A stretch of 64,000 bases of DNA from Neodothiora populina. Its lineage: Eukaryota. A program made the position numbers and the translations under genes. Each line of letters opens with the position of its first letter. The stretch's first letter is position 1. The stretch covers positions 186,001 through 250,000 of the forward strand of contig NW_027191402.1 of the NCBI RefSeq assembly GCF_041146345.1. The letters run 5' to 3'. The notes beneath the pieces are model-generated. The model worked only from the letters and a program-made list of their open reading frames with translations, had not been told where the DNA came from and searched no databases. Positions 53,111-64,000 of the stretch are shown here, piece by piece.

Positions 53111-55237
53111 TCAATACTCAGGCCACTCGGGATCAACAGCTCGTCTCCACGCGCGCAATCCGCCTTTGAGATCTCTGATTCTCAGACTCGCGCTGGCGGG
53201 CGCACTGTTTCCGCCCTTGGCTGACGCTTCTTCCTTTTCTTGTTCTTGCGCAGAGGATCGGTCTCGTGTCGAGGGGACTTTTTGTTGTTGCTGCGTTGGG
53301 TCAGAGAAAGGGGAGGAGGCGGACGACGGAGAAGAAGAAGAAGAAGAAGAAAAAGAAGAAGAAGACGCCGAGCAGATATCGAGCAGCAGGCTCGCGGCGA
53401 GCTGTGAGTCGTTGCCCTTTGCGCAGACGACGATGATTTCGTTGCGCGATTTGCTTTCGTCTGTTTCGTTTGGGGATTGTCTGGGTCCCCCTGTGTTCAA
53501 GAGTCCATTCATCACGTCAGGAGCAGAGGCAGCGGTAGTAGTGGCGGAGGAAGAGCTGTGCTCGAAAAGCAGCTTCTTCAGCGCCTGGGAATGCGACTCC
53601 ATCTTGCGCTTGAACTCGCCTGATGGCCAGGGGATGTTGATTGCATTCGGCAGGTGCGCGAGCGAGAATTCGGTTTCGGGCCGCACGTCGAGGATGATGA
53701 GCTTTCTCGGCGATCTTGCTGTAGGTTCGTCAGATAGAGATGACGATGATGATGATGATGAGAAGAGAGAGGCGAGCTCCGAGGCGGAGAGTCTGTTGCT
53801 TTCGGACAGGATCTCGGGGGGCGTCGAGCGCACGCCGCAGAAGGAGGTGTAGTCCAGGGAGCCGGTCGTCAGGCTGGCGGGAGTTATTGTGGACGCCGAC
53901 GAGCAGGACGCACAGTCTTTCCGGCGGGAGCGTAGACGGACGGTGCGGAACGGCGGCGAGCTGTAGGCCGAGAAGAGGAGCATGGTCGGTTGATGTTTTT
54001 GCTGCTGCTGAGGTCTGGGAGTCTTTGGGGTCGAGGGAGATGAATTCGACGACGCAAAAGAGGATGGCGAGAACATGTCATCATGCTCGTTCTCGTCTTC
54101 GCTCTCCTCGCTGTCTTGGCGGAAATCAATCCCGGCTGCAATCATCTTGATCGTCTCGAGTGCTTGCAGGACGCCCATGACGCCCACCACTGGGCCCAGG
54201 ATGCCGCCTTCTCCACAGCTCATCACTGCGTCTGCCGGCGGTGGCTTGGGGAATATGCATCTGTAGCAGGGTCCGCCTTCGTCGCTCCCTGGTTCACAAG
54301 GAGGGTTGTTCAGGATGACCAGTTGTCCTTCTGTTCGCAGCGCTGATGCCGAGACCAGCGGTTTGCCTGCCAGCACAGCGGCGTCGGAGATCAGATAACG
54401 AGATGTTGGATGGTCGGTGCAGTCGAGGACGATGTCGTATGCCGAGAAGATGTCGAGGGCGTCGGTCGGCGTCAAATGGGCTCTGTGGGGCATGTATATG
54501 GTGTTGGGGTTTATTCTAGTCGATTCATTCAGTCTTTGTGTATGAAGCAAGATGTAGACGTTGTAGCAGAAAGAATGAGAGACAAAAAGAAAACAAGTGA
54601 CTACCGACCCTGAGAGATACTCAATCGCACTATCGACCTTCAACATGCCCACCCTCGCAGTGTCGTGGGCAATCTGTCTATGCAGATTCGATACCTCGAC
54701 TACGTCCCCATCTACAAGTCCCAGAGTGCCCACGCCTGCGCCTGCGAGATAGGCAGCAGCTGGACATCCCAACCCTCCTGCGCCTACGATCAAGACTTTC
54801 GACTCTCTCAGCCGCAACTGTCCTGTCAGTCCTATCTCTGGCATGATCAGCTGGCGACCGAAGCGCTTGTACTCTTCACTCCGCAGCGGAAAGTCCTGAT
54901 GCAGCCATGATGGTCTCGTCGTCGTCGTCGGCTGATCAGCCTTTCTTGGGTCTTGCGACAAGTCGTCCACATCCATGTCTTCTGCTTCGTGAGCTTCACC
55001 TTGGCCAAACTCCATACGGTGATCGCCTCCCTCTCCGTGCCCCTGTCCCAACGCAGCCATGACTTCGGCCTGCCATTCCGGCTCTAAGTTCTGGCCCAGC
55101 TGGTGCTGATGCGCGTCGAACGCATTGGCTTCTGCTTGCTCGAGCTGCAGCTTGAGCTCGCGGAGTTGCGACTCGGTTTCCCGGATGCGAAGGCGCAGGG
55201 TTCGGACCTTGTCGTCCAAGTGGCTGGTTGAGAGCAT
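53111..55237 (-). CDS. uba4: Adenylyltransferase/sulfurtransferase Uba4/MOCS3 (ThiF plus rhodanese)
   Basis: RFGRQLIMPEIG, VGAGGLGCP, SNLHRQ, DCTDHP, PCYRCIFP, SCGEGGILGP, CASC, LDVRP, VVCAKGNDSQ, DLKGGLRAW...DPEWPEY. Probable in-frame 93-nt intron 54608-54516. Confidence 0.94.
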   Translation of the reverse strand: MLSTSHLDDKVRTLRLRIRETESQLRELKLQLEQAEANAFDAHQHQLGQNLEPEWQAEVMAALGQGHGEGGDHRMEFGQGEAHEAEDMDVDDLSQDPRKADQPTTTTRPSWLHQDFPLRSEEYKRFGRQLIMPEIGLTGQLRLRESKVLIVGAGGLGCPAAAYLAGAGVGTLGLVDGDVVEVSNLHRQIAHDTARVGMLKVDSAIEYLSGSVVTCFLFVSHSFCYNVYILLHTQRLNESTRINPNTIYMPHRAHLTPTDALDIFSAYDIVLDCTDHPTSRYLISDAAVLAGKPLVSASALRTEGQLVILNNPPCEPGSDEGGPCYRCIFPKPPPADAVMSCGEGGILGPVVGVMGVLQALETIKMIAAGIDFRQDSEESEDENEHDDMFSPSSFASSNSSPSTPKTPRPQQQQKHQPTMLLFSAYSSPPFRTVRLRSRRKDCASCSSASTITPASLTTGSLDYTSFCGVRSTPPEILSESNRLSASELASLFSSSSSSSSLSDEPTARSPRKLIILDVRPETEFSLAHLPNAINIPWPSGEFKRKMESHSQALKKLLFEHSSSSATTTAASAPDVMNGLLNTGGPRQSPNETDESKSRNEIIVVCAKGNDSQLAASLLLDICSASSSSFSSSSSSSPSSASSPFSDPTQQQQKVPSTRDRSSAQEQEKEEASAKGGNSAPASASLRIRDLKGGLRAWRRAVDPEWPEY

Positions 55238-55784
55238 TGTCTCGTATACACAATCCCCCGTGGGTTTGAGGTGTGTGGCTGTCAGGCGGTGGAGTGGGAA
55301 AAGTGCTTGGGTTTATACAAGTATCTACTGTGTACGAGTCAGAGATAAGCTTCTTATCGCGTGTGGTGTAAGCTGTCTTATCCTTGACTCGAGGCGGGGT
55401 AGTAACTTTGTAGTGTTTTATGATTTATTCCTGCAGTATAACCAGCCATCACACCGTGTCGGGGATCTACTTTGGTATGTGAATGCGAGCACGAGTTCTT
55501 TCTTCGTATAGTCGAGCCACTTATAGATACAAGCATAATACAATCAGATCGACCACTTCTGAGCAACCAATCCAGCAGTCACATATCGTCCCTCGGCGGA
55601 CGATTGAAAAGGTAGGTCATGCATTTTAGCCACTACCTTATCAAGGTCTAAGGGGAATATCTACTCCGTTTAGCTAAAGGGTAAGTGAAGCAGATGATCA
55701 AATCTGCCGTTCTCATCATCTGCATAGTCAAGTGACTCAAGCTCTTCACTTTGCTTGGCTTCGAAGACGTACAAAGCCACGACA

Positions 55785-56620
55785 ATGTCTTCAGCCCAGC
55801 CCCAAGGAGAAGCCAACCACCAAGAAGAGCTACAACAACGACAACCTCAACCTCAACCCCTAACAGCAACAACAGCAGCACCAGCGAAAACTCCCAAACC
55901 CCCAAAACCTCTGCCCATAAACTGGCCCCCCACAATCCCATACCTGCACCGTCTACTCCCCTCCCCCCAAACCCCGCCTCGCGCCCTCCAACACCTAAAC
56001 CAACCAACGCGCCTCACATCCTCATTCCCCAAATACCAGCTCTCGCAGTTCAGCTTCCCATGCCCGAACGTGCAAATCCACTCCATCACAGGCCCAGAGA
56101 CGCATCCAGCACTGGGTCAACACGGGCTGTTCGCCACGCGGCAGCTCGGGCCCGGAACGCTGATATTGCCGTATCTGGGCCTGCTGCATTTGAATCTTGC
56201 GCGCGAGACGGATGCGGGCAGTGATTATGATATTGTGCTTACGAGGACTTCTCTCGCTGACGATACTGGTGGCGATGGAGATGGTGGTGGCGGAGCAGAG
56301 GGGGAGAGACCGGGCCTGGGTTCTCGATCGATGCGGGCTCGGCGCACGGCGGCACGGAGGCGCGCTTCGTGAATGATTATCGCGGTGTCGATAAGAAGCC
56401 TAATGCTGAGTTTAGGGACATGTGGGTGCGGGTGGGCGAGAGGAAGTGGGAGAGGTGGATTGGGGTTTTCGTGCTCAATGCTGGAAAGGCTGGATTGCGC
56501 AAAAAGGGAATCGCGAGGGGGCAGGAGATACTGGTTAGTTATGGCAAGGGGTTCTGGGCTGGACGCACGGAGGATGGGGATGAGGAGGAAGAGATAGATT
56601 ATGTGCAAGCTGAAGACTGA
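55785..56620 (+). CDS. Small SET-domain-like protein, interrupted by a 1-nt frameshift (assembly error or pseudogene)
   Basis: N-part HPALGQHGLFA...LILPYLG...SDYD. C-part in the -1 frame: FSIDAG...EARFVNDYRG..PNAEF...IARGQEILVSYGKGFW. Confidence 0.8.
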
Positions 56621-56733
56621 GGGTTGTAGACTCTGGTTTTCTTACAGCTTGCTTTTACTACTGCTGAATCAACGAAAAGGAAACTGTTATATAACGTAGT
56701 AATACATGCATTCGTTGGTGACAACAAAAAAGT

Positions 56734-59679
56734 CTATCCTACTTTGATCCCTCCACCGCACCAGCATCTCCCCTCACCCTCTCGCTCGACCTGCACAATG
56801 ACATCCATCTCCCTCTCGTGAAAGAAAAACACCACCCTCTCCCTGACATCGTCCAGATCAGCCGCTCGAGCAGCAAAAACATGGATGACGCCACATATCT
56901 TTTGTTTGCTCGAGCCTTCGTCGTGGTGATCGTGGCCCGCGTGAGAATGAGCATGAGAGTGGTCATGTCCAGCATGCGCACCTCCCTCGCCCTCTGTCTC
57001 TTGCACCCAGAACCTCGGCACCGCGTAGCCCGTCACACCCCTGACAGCCAGCATGTCTTGCAGCGAAGTCTTGAGTCCGTACTCGAGCTCGTCGGGAATA
57101 ACCAGGAGCAGCTTGCGGCCTGACTCTTTCACCAAAGGCACGGCGGCCATGAAGATCAGAATCGCGATGGCGATGGTCGCCAATGGGTCCCACAGATACC
57201 AAGGCTTCCAGAGAGTCAGGAACGTACTCAAAATCACGGCGAGAGAGCCTCCTGCATCTGCAGCAATATGCAGATAGATGCCGTGCATGTTCTCGTTTCC
57301 GTGTGAGTGTGAATGGGCACGCGCATCGTGAGTCAGATCCAGCCCTCCGGTAGCGTGGTTGTGCTCGTGCCCGTGCGCGTGTCCGTGAGAGTGGCCATGA
57401 TCGTGTCCGGCGTGAGCATGACCGAAAGCGAGGAGACCGACCATGTTCACGAGAAATCCAAGAATACTAACAACAAGTAGCTCCTGAACCCTGCGAAGTT
57501 CCGAACCCTCCATGATACCCTCCAGTGCTTCCCAGATAAACTCTATGCTGACGAGCATGAGAAAGATGCCATTGCCAAAGCCGGCCAGTGTATTCAACTT
57601 TCCCCAGCCGTGAGGCTTTTCCGGGCTCGTTGGCCATTTACTCGCCACTGCGGCGCCCAGACCGACGATCAAAGCGAGACAATCGAAGAACATGTGTACA
57701 GTATCGGACAGAAGGCCTAGCGAGCCACTCACCCAGCCATAGAAGGCCTGTACGAGCATAAAGGCAAAATTCAGACTGTTTTGTTGGTCAGTGGACGTTT
57801 TCTAGCGTTGGACACGGAAACCTACCAGGTGAAATATGCAATGCGCCGAGAGTCTTTCTCGATCAAAATGCTATGCAGCAAAGATCCTGGCTCGACCAAA
57901 GTGAGCAAGAAGGAAGTGACGAAGGTCACTTTACCAGGACCACGCGCGTGTTTATGGTGATGGTCGTGAGCATGAGCATGGGCATGTGCGTGGTCATTAT
58001 CGTGATCGTGCGAGTGCGAATGAGGAGGCTGCGTATCGTACATGACGGCCACACAAGAAAGAGCAGAAAGTGCTCCGTTGAGGATGGTTCCGGGCCAGAT
58101 GGAGGGCGAGTACAGAAACGAAGACGCAGCGGTTAGCATCGCTCCAGTAGCGAGACCCCCTTTCTGCGTCGACCTCAGGGCAGAAGGTTGACCGAAAAAG
58201 ACCAGGGCTGCAGTCGCGGCCATGGACAGGGTCGAGAGGGTGATGGCGGCAGCAGATATAGGCGGTGATAGGGACAGCAGGATAGATGCCGCAACTGTCA
58301 CAAGGGACATGAGCACGCCAGCATAGATGGTCGTCGTGACATCTAGGGGCGAAGCTGTCAACGAGGAGGATGAAGCTCCATTGGCAGGTAGAGGAGGCTG
58401 CGCAAAAGCAACAGAGAGACCCAGCGCAATGTACCCGGTGAACAAGTGGTAGGCGTCCGTGGAGATGGTCAGGCCGAAGAGGTCTGCGACCAGGCACAGA
58501 AGAAGTGCGCCGAGGGTGGGTAGACGAGCAGCCGGCTCCACCGCTGGATGCGAGCATGTCAAGCCCGATGTAATGGCCACCAGCAGGACAAGGCCGACTC
58601 GAGTCCCGCCAAGTTGTATTGCAGCATAGTATGGCAGTGCAACTCTGACAATGCTCAGCAGCATCTTGATCGCAGTGTCAAGGGTGAGCAAGCCAGGATG
58701 GTGTAGGGTCGGGTTCGAGTTCTTCCTTCTGTCCAGCACTCTTTCCTCGGATCGTATCCGTGCAAGTATACCGATGAGCAACAGAGTGCCTGAGGTGAGG
58801 GTGGCCGTCTGTAGGAGACTGGGCGCATGTCGCGCATCCTGAGCAAGCTGCCCTCCTTCTTTGACTGCTTGCTGGAGCTGCGAGTAGGCGGACAGCGGAG
58901 GGAATGTCGAGTCGGGCGGCGGCTCAGAGGAGTAGGCGGCCGAGGCAAGCAGGTAGGGAAGTGGTATGAGGAGACCCGTCAAGGCTTCGGACACGGAGAA
59001 CCATGATCTAGTTGGTCGAGAGTGTTAGTGGCTTTGTCCCGTGCGGTACAGACTGCGATAGCAAATAATGGGTAGACACCACTCACTCGGATCTGAGCTC
59101 TGGCGAAGATGGAGACTCATGCACGTGTTGGTGCATATGCACAGGCTCATACTGAAGGGAGGGTGTATGGGAATGCGAATGAGAAGGAGAGTGGGAATGG
59201 GAGTGCGCCTTTGAGTGCGAATGAGAGTGAGAATGCGCGTTGCCGTGTGAATGCGACTGCGAGTTCGAGTCATGATGGTCATGGTGTTGATGATGATGAT
59301 CGGAATGATTGTCAGGGAAGATGGCAGTCTCTTCCATGACGGGCGAGGGAATGTCTGCTATGGACGAAGCTCGCATGTGATTGTGGCCAGATGCAGATGC
59401 AGACTTCATGGGAGAGCGAGGGCCATTGAAGGAATGGGTGCGCATGTGTCCTCCCTGCACCAGACCATTGGGGTTGAAGTTGTCTCCGACTTCGAGTGCT
59501 GCATCGTCTGGATGGAGATGTGCTCCTGCCCGGGTTGGTGTCGAGGGTTGGCCATTGTCACTGGACGCCCACGAAGGTGTGTAGCTGTGACTGCGTGCAT
59601 GGCTGTGTTTGTTATAGCTATACCCTGTATAACCATTCGCGCCGCCATTGGGCAACGCGTACGTTGAAGTCGATGCCAT
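56734..59679 (-). CDS. msc2: Cation diffusion facilitator zinc transporter, Msc2/Cis4-like
   Basis: Introns 59086-59008 and 57825-57776. EKDSRRIAYF-TC-LNFAFMLVQ, SLGLLSDTVHMFFDC, NENMHGIYLHIAADAGGS, His-rich loops, RCWCG C-terminus. Confidence 0.9.
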
Positions 59680-60480
59680 CGCGGACGTTGATCTTTCTGA
59701 AACACGCTTGCTCTGACACTCGATGACAGTCTTATGCCTGTGCGACAAACATGATTCTTTTCTGGCAGTTACAGCACAAGAAAACAACAAGAGCGCATGT
59801 AAAGTGTTGTATAGTTGATTTCCGGAATCAAGGATCGACACGAACCCATCGAACAAGGAAAAGCACCTTGGTGTTTGAGGGATAAACGGTCCTCTGTGCT
59901 CTCTTTTGTTACAGTAAAGTGCATACACCAGACACACACTACAGACGGCCTCTAATCGTCTATTGTCGAAGATATGTCACCGACCTTATTAAATCTTGCA
60001 ACAAGTGGATCAGGGGTTGGCTTAAGCGCAAACTAAAATCATCTTTGACTCCACTCTTCTACTCCACGTACCGCACTGTACTGTAGAGTGTCACTGGACG
60101 CCGCCCCTCGCCGCCCCTCGCCCCGTCGAACCCTGGCGAGACCTGGGAAGGAGAGCGACAAGCGTGAGCGACCAAGTGTGCAATAAACAGAGAACAACAG
60201 GAACCAGAACCCCTCGCACGCTCTCCAGTCCACTCCAGTCCGTCGCCAAGCCTCATGATATCACGCTGCCGCTAACGTTCAAGCAGGTCTGTTGACAGCG
60301 CGGTGCATCAGCCCAGCCGAGAGCCAGGCCAACCAGTCCAATCTATTCCTTTTTCTATATCATCCATGGATATCATCTCTCGATAGTGGTCTCCGTGCAC
60401 ATCCTTCTTCTCTCTCTCTCTCGCTCTCTCAACATCTGCCTGCTCGGAGTCCGAGTCCGAGTCTGCCCCTTCGAGAGAAT

Positions 60481-62418
60481 ATGGCTCTTCCTTGGCTATC
60501 GAAAGTGCTAGGCACTCTCGAGTCCTGGGCTCTTGCCGTGGCCCATTACGTTTCTCAGAGGACTTGGGGAGATCTCGTCTGGGAATTTGTCTTGGTCTCG
60601 GTCTTCTTTGGCTCTTTTGCACTCGCAGCGGTGGCCTTGAATCTGCCATATCAGTACAATCCGTACCGCGTCGAGCTGATACAGGAAGAATCCTTCTCTG
60701 ATGAAGACAAGAAGAACCCCGAATCTGGATATGGCTACTTCAGCAAACATCTCAACACCGAACGGACTCTCAGATTCGAAACCACTGTCACTGTTCTTGT
60801 TCTGGGCGACATCGGACGTAGTCCTCGCATGCAGTATCATGCCGCCAGTATCGCGAGGCACGGTAACAAAGTCACCTTGGTCGGCTATGTCGAATCTGAG
60901 ATCCTGCCTGAGCTCCGCGCAAGTCGTTTTGTGCAAATCGTGCCGCTGAAACCAATTCCCAAGAGTCTTCGAACCAGTAGCAAGTTGACTTTTCCCTTTG
61001 TCGCTGCGCTGAAAGTCCTCCATCAGATGTGGCATGTCTGGAAGACTTGCGGATACAGGACCAAGGGCACCAAGTGGATGCTGGTACAGAACCCTCCCTC
61101 GATTCCCACTCTTCTTATCGCACAGATTGTTTGTTTCTTCCGCAATACTAATCTCATTGTCGACTGGCACAACTTCGGCTACACCGTCCTGGCTTTGAAG
61201 CTCGGAGAGAACCACCCCCTCGTCCACATTTCTAAATTGTACGAGCGCTTCATTGCGAGAGGCGCAACAGCCCATTTCTGCGTTACTGACGCCATGGCGC
61301 GTGTGCTCAAGAAAGAGTACGGCGTGGATGCAATGACACTGCATGACCGCCCCGCCAAACAGTTCCAGCCTTTGAGTCCGGCAGAGCGCTCCGCCGTTCT
61401 GCACAGACTTGATGGCACCAAGTCTCACGCAAAAAAGATTGAGTTGAAGCACTATCGTCTGGTCGTTAGCTCGACCTCCTGGACTGCAGACGAAGATTTT
61501 TCTATTCTGCTGGACGCCCTTGTGGCGTACAGCGCCACTGTCTCCATGAATAAGCGCTACCCCAAGATCCTAGCTATCATTACCGGAAAGGGACCCATGA
61601 AGGACTACTACGTCGACAAGATTGAGAAACTCAGAAAGGCCAAACGTCTTGCTAACGTTGTCATCTGGACCGCTTGGTTGACTCCCGACGATTACGCAGC
61701 ATTACTCGGTGCGGCTGATGTTGGCATCAGTCTCCACAAGTCAACATCTGGCGTCGACCTGCCAATGAAGGTCGTAGACATGTTCGGCACAGGATTACCT
61801 GTGTTCGGCTACAGCAAATTTGAGTCCTGGTCAGAACTCGTCAAGGACGGCGTCAACGGCATGGGCTTCGAGGACGCTGACGAGCTCGAGCTTCTGTTGG
61901 AGACGGCGTTCGGTGGCAATGGTGACAAGCTACAGAAGCTGAGAGACGGTGCACTCAAGGAGACTGAGCACAGATGGGATGATGAATGGTACCCGGTCGC
62001 TGGAAAGCTGTTCAAGCTGAACCTCAGCCCTACTTCCAGAGTCATTCTCCCCAACACCCCAGAGGCCGCCGCTGCCGAGAAGGAGCCAGTCAAGGAGCCA
62101 GTCACGGAACCAGCCTCGGTGGAAGAAAAGGCGACGATTTCCATCCCGGAAAAAACACCTGGAAGCACTTCAGCCGAGGTGGCCTCGAAGTCCGCCGTCG
62201 CAAGATCAGCAGGCGCACCCTCAATCGCCTCTGCGAATCAAGAAGGAAACACGACGACGACCCGATCACAGCCCATCTCCGAAAGCTCAAACGAAGAAAA
62301 ATCGCGCGGTCTCGACGAGTCGTGGCAATCCGTCGAAGTCCCTGATGCGCTGGAAGACGATGACAAGAAACCAGTGACCGGCGGCACCTTTTTGAATTAT
62401 GATTCGATGAAGCAATGA
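60481..62418 (+). CDS. alg1: Chitobiosyldiphosphodolichol beta-mannosyltransferase
   Basis: VLVLGDIGRSPRMQYHA, LVQNPPSIP, IVDWHNFGY, VSSTSWTADEDF, ITGKGP, SGVDLPMKVVDMFG. Confidence 0.94.
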   Translation: MALPWLSKVLGTLESWALAVAHYVSQRTWGDLVWEFVLVSVFFGSFALAAVALNLPYQYNPYRVELIQEESFSDEDKKNPESGYGYFSKHLNTERTLRFETTVTVLVLGDIGRSPRMQYHAASIARHGNKVTLVGYVESEILPELRASRFVQIVPLKPIPKSLRTSSKLTFPFVAALKVLHQMWHVWKTCGYRTKGTKWMLVQNPPSIPTLLIAQIVCFFRNTNLIVDWHNFGYTVLALKLGENHPLVHISKLYERFIARGATAHFCVTDAMARVLKKEYGVDAMTLHDRPAKQFQPLSPAERSAVLHRLDGTKSHAKKIELKHYRLVVSSTSWTADEDFSILLDALVAYSATVSMNKRYPKILAIITGKGPMKDYYVDKIEKLRKAKRLANVVIWTAWLTPDDYAALLGAADVGISLHKSTSGVDLPMKVVDMFGTGLPVFGYSKFESWSELVKDGVNGMGFEDADELELLLETAFGGNGDKLQKLRDGALKETEHRWDDEWYPVAGKLFKLNLSPTSRVILPNTPEAAAAEKEPVKEPVTEPASVEEKATISIPEKTPGSTSAEVASKSAVARSAGAPSIASANQEGNTTTTRSQPISESSNEEKSRGLDESWQSVEVPDALEDDDKKPVTGGTFLNYDSMKQ

Positions 62419-62845
62419 GCTTTTGTGGCTGTTTCTCCCTCTCATTAGGGCTTTTTTTTTGGATTTGGAGTCCAGTTATTTGGTTACACTTTTTTTAGTG
62501 GCTGGAGAGGAGGATGGGATGATCAGTAACTGCAGAAGGAATGGTGTATCAATTTTAGTGAGCAAAGACATGAAACGAAAGCGATTTCTGATATCTCATG
62601 TCATGCTGGTATCCTTGTATCCACGTGAACATGTAAACTTGTAATAGACACGGCCTCTTGCAAGCGTACACAAAAGTCCTAGCTTCCGCTGTACAAAGAC
62701 ATCCACATCAAAGAGTCCGTAGTCCGTATCCAGATCCGCCTCACCCAACCGACCCGAAGAGTCCAGCACGCACAACTCCACCAGCCACCCTTTCCCCAAT
62801 TCCATCTCTCCATCTCATCGCACAGAGAAACCCCCGACTCCTCAC

Positions 62846-63955
62846 TCACAACTTCGCCTTAACACCCCCAAGCCCCTCACCATCACGGCCCCCATCATCA
62901 TCTCGCACAACAGCGCCCCCTCGGGCCTCGGCTCTCGCCTGATCCCTCAGCACCCTCCTCAGGATCTTCCCACTCGCGCTCTTGGGGATCGCGCTCGCAA
63001 ATTCGATTTCCTTGACGTGTTTATGCCGGACTTTATTGTCGCGCACGTAGGCGAGGAGGAGTCTGCCCGTTGCTTTATACGCGTCTTCGTCTTGGTTTTG
63101 GTTTTGGTTGAGTCTCAGCACGACGTAGGCCTTGGGCACTTCGCCTCTGTACTCGTCCGGTATCCCGAGCACAGCGACGTCTTCGACCGCCGGGTGGCCT
63201 AGCAGCAAGTCTTCGAGCTCGGCCGGGGCGACTGCTATGCCTTTTACTTTGATCATTTCCTTCAGTCTGTCGAGGATCGCCACGATGCCTTCGTCGGAGA
63301 TACTCCCCAGGTCGCCTGTGTGCAGGTAGCCGTCGGCGTCGAAGTTTTCGCGGGTCGCGGAGGCGTTGTTCAGGTAGCCCATTACGATCTGCGGGCCCTT
63401 TGCGAGGATCTCGCCTGGTTCGTTTGTTTGCGTCGTTTCCGTGCCGTCGGGGAGCATGATTTTGACCGTTGTTGACGCGCAGATTCGGCCGACTGTGTGT
63501 GCGTATTTGTAGTCGTAGAATTGCGGTGGGTGGGACGTGATGCACGAGCAGGACTCGGTCATGCCGTAGCCTTGCTTGAAGCCTGTTTGGGGGAATTTCT
63601 TTTGCAGAAGAGATAAGATCTCGGGAGAGAGCGGGGCGGCGCCTGAGGAGAAGCGTTTTATGCATTTTAGGTCGTACGAGTCTACGATGGGGTCTCGGAC
63701 GAGGCGGATCAGGATTGGGGGCACCAAGAGGACTTCGGCGATTTTGTAGGTGCTTATTGCGTCTAGCATTGTGGACATGCTGAAGGACGGGAGCATGATC
63801 ACTTCTGCGTTGATCAGGACTGGTAGGTGCAGCACGTGGACGAGACCGGTTATGTGGAAAAGTGGAAGTACGGCTAGGACGCGTTTGTGGTCGTCGGGAG
63901 TGAGCTGCTGGACTTGGAGGCATTGGGCTATCACGTTTTGGTGGGAAATCATGAC
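62846..63955 (-). CDS. Peroxisomal acyl/aryl-CoA ligase (4-coumarate-CoA ligase / phenylacetyl-CoA ligase-like), last exon only; 5' part lies outside the window
   Basis: Acceptor GCTAAT..TTCAG at 63956. VMISHQNV, LPLFHI, SGAAPL, QGYGMTE, LHTGD, DRLKEMIKVKG, IPKSASGKILRR, and C-terminal AKL (PTS1). Confidence 0.92.
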   Translation of the reverse strand, partial: VMISHQNVIAQCLQVQQLTPDDHKRVLAVLPLFHITGLVHVLHLPVLINAEVIMLPSFSMSTMLDAISTYKIAEVLLVPPILIRLVRDPIVDSYDLKCIKRFSSGAAPLSPEILSLLQKKFPQTGFKQGYGMTESCSCITSHPPQFYDYKYAHTVGRICASTTVKIMLPDGTETTQTNEPGEILAKGPQIVMGYLNNASATRENFDADGYLHTGDLGSISDEGIVAILDRLKEMIKVKGIAVAPAELEDLLLGHPAVEDVAVLGIPDEYRGEVPKAYVVLRLNQNQNQDEDAYKATGRLLLAYVRDNKVRHKHVKEIEFASAIPKSASGKILRRVLRDQARAEARGGAVVRDDDGGRDGEGLGGVKAKL

Positions 63956-64000
63956 CTGAATAGATGATTAGCCTGGTTCACCAATCCAATTCAAAGCAGA

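Noticed and set aside
56295..56325. Programmed -1 ribosomal frameshift in the SET gene
   Set aside because: No canonical slippery heptamer; a G-run indel is simpler.

Overview
Gene-dense eukaryotic DNA from a filamentous ascomycete (short GT-AG introns with CTRAC/CTAAT branch sites; possibly a Dothideomycete, which is inference only). I support 23 intron-containing or single-exon protein genes. Mostly housekeeping: adenylate cyclase, stomatin-like SPFH protein, the divergent galactofuranose pair (UDP-Galf transporter glfB and UDP-galactopyranose mutase glfA), CinA-like protein, allantoate-permease-type MFS, ankyrin-DIL protein, 5-oxoprolinase, FUSC/ArAE-like membrane protein, Dph5, CYSTM protein, secreted amidase, PTH11-like protein, Sec18, Uba4, a SET-like protein, Msc2, Alg1 and the 3' part of a peroxisomal acyl-CoA ligase. 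I found no tRNA, rRNA, CRISPR array or transposon, and no clearly new multi-gene system. Best leads: (1) a six-exon COG3044/MRB1590-like ABC-class ATPase with a 7-nt first exon and an RG-rich N-terminus, head-to-head with (2) a probable SS18/SSXT-domain (Snf11/GIF-like) protein; (3) a SET-like gene split by a 1-nt frameshift; (4) a synonymously diverged, out-of-frame YEGVAL duplication at the end of the ankyrin-DIL gene; (5) a CinA protein with substituted catalytic residues; (6) an orphan two-exon gene missed by the ORF track. Exon boundaries were deduced by eye.
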